NCBI GenBank assembly: GCA_963691875.1
Contig: OY829846.1
Coordinates: forward strand, 3,200,001 to 3,264,000
Length of the DNA: 64,000 nt
DNA from: Aureliella sp.
GTDB lineage: Bacteria; Planctomycetota; Planctomycetia; Pirellulales; Pirellulaceae
Direction of reading: 5' to 3'
In this document: positions 63,837-64,000 of the stretch, piece after piece
How the letters are laid out: each line of letters starts with the position of its first letter
Position numbering within the stretch: the stretch's first letter is position 1
Translations under genes and position numbers: made by a program
Notes under the pieces: model-generated
What the model was told of the DNA's origin: nothing
The model's input: only the letters and a program-made list of their open reading frames with translations
The model's database searches: none

Positions 63837-64000
63837 GTTAGCCCAGCCGCAAAATTTTCGGTTCTATACGGCTTACGACGCGAAAACCTGCCCCAGGAGT
63901 TGACTGGCGGAGCTAATAGCTGCCATTTCAATGCGAAGGATGTGGGGCCCCAAGGAAACGTTCTGCCATCCTTCGGAGCGAAGGCGCATGCATTCCTCAT

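Noticed and set aside
63686..64000. Minus-strand ORF containing DGRTFPWG (FGE-sulfatase-like) and an inverted repeat cgaaggatg/catccttcg near the edge
   Set aside because: The flanking FGE motifs are missing, the frame overlaps the sigma gene end and its terminator, and the context is cut by the window edge.

Overview
This 64 kb window looks like a Planctomycete (Pirellulaceae/Rhodopirellula-like) chromosome, judged from lineage-typical protein families; the taxon is an inference. The left 25 kb holds mostly housekeeping and envelope genes: topB (minus strand, cut by the left edge and missed by the ORF track), a PpiD/SurA-like membrane protein, a PQQ-type propeller lipoprotein, pqiA/pqiB-like MCE genes, a Gfo/Idh/MocA oxidoreductase, tyrA, purL, lnt and two hypothetical envelope proteins. 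These are followed by an EhpF/EhpG (EsmB1/EsmB2)-like adenylase plus ALDH-fold pair with no phenazine core genes in view, and a GMC oxidoreductase. About 54% of the window is two tandem paralogous giant surface proteins (5318 aa and about 6167 aa). Both carry a Planc_extracel/LEPR-XLL leader, degenerate matrixin-like domains, PPC, beta-helix, GEVED and cadherin-like (tandem-95) repeats, and a C-terminal dockerin. They differ mainly by small modules inserted into loops, some nested inside each other. The right end has a convergent hypothetical gene with a Tat-like signal and an unusual sigma-70 factor with a multi-HTH N-terminal extension, preceded by a candidate sigma-54 promoter and a structured leader. 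I saw no rRNA, tRNA, CRISPR array or mobile element. All calls come from reading motifs by eye; no searches were run.
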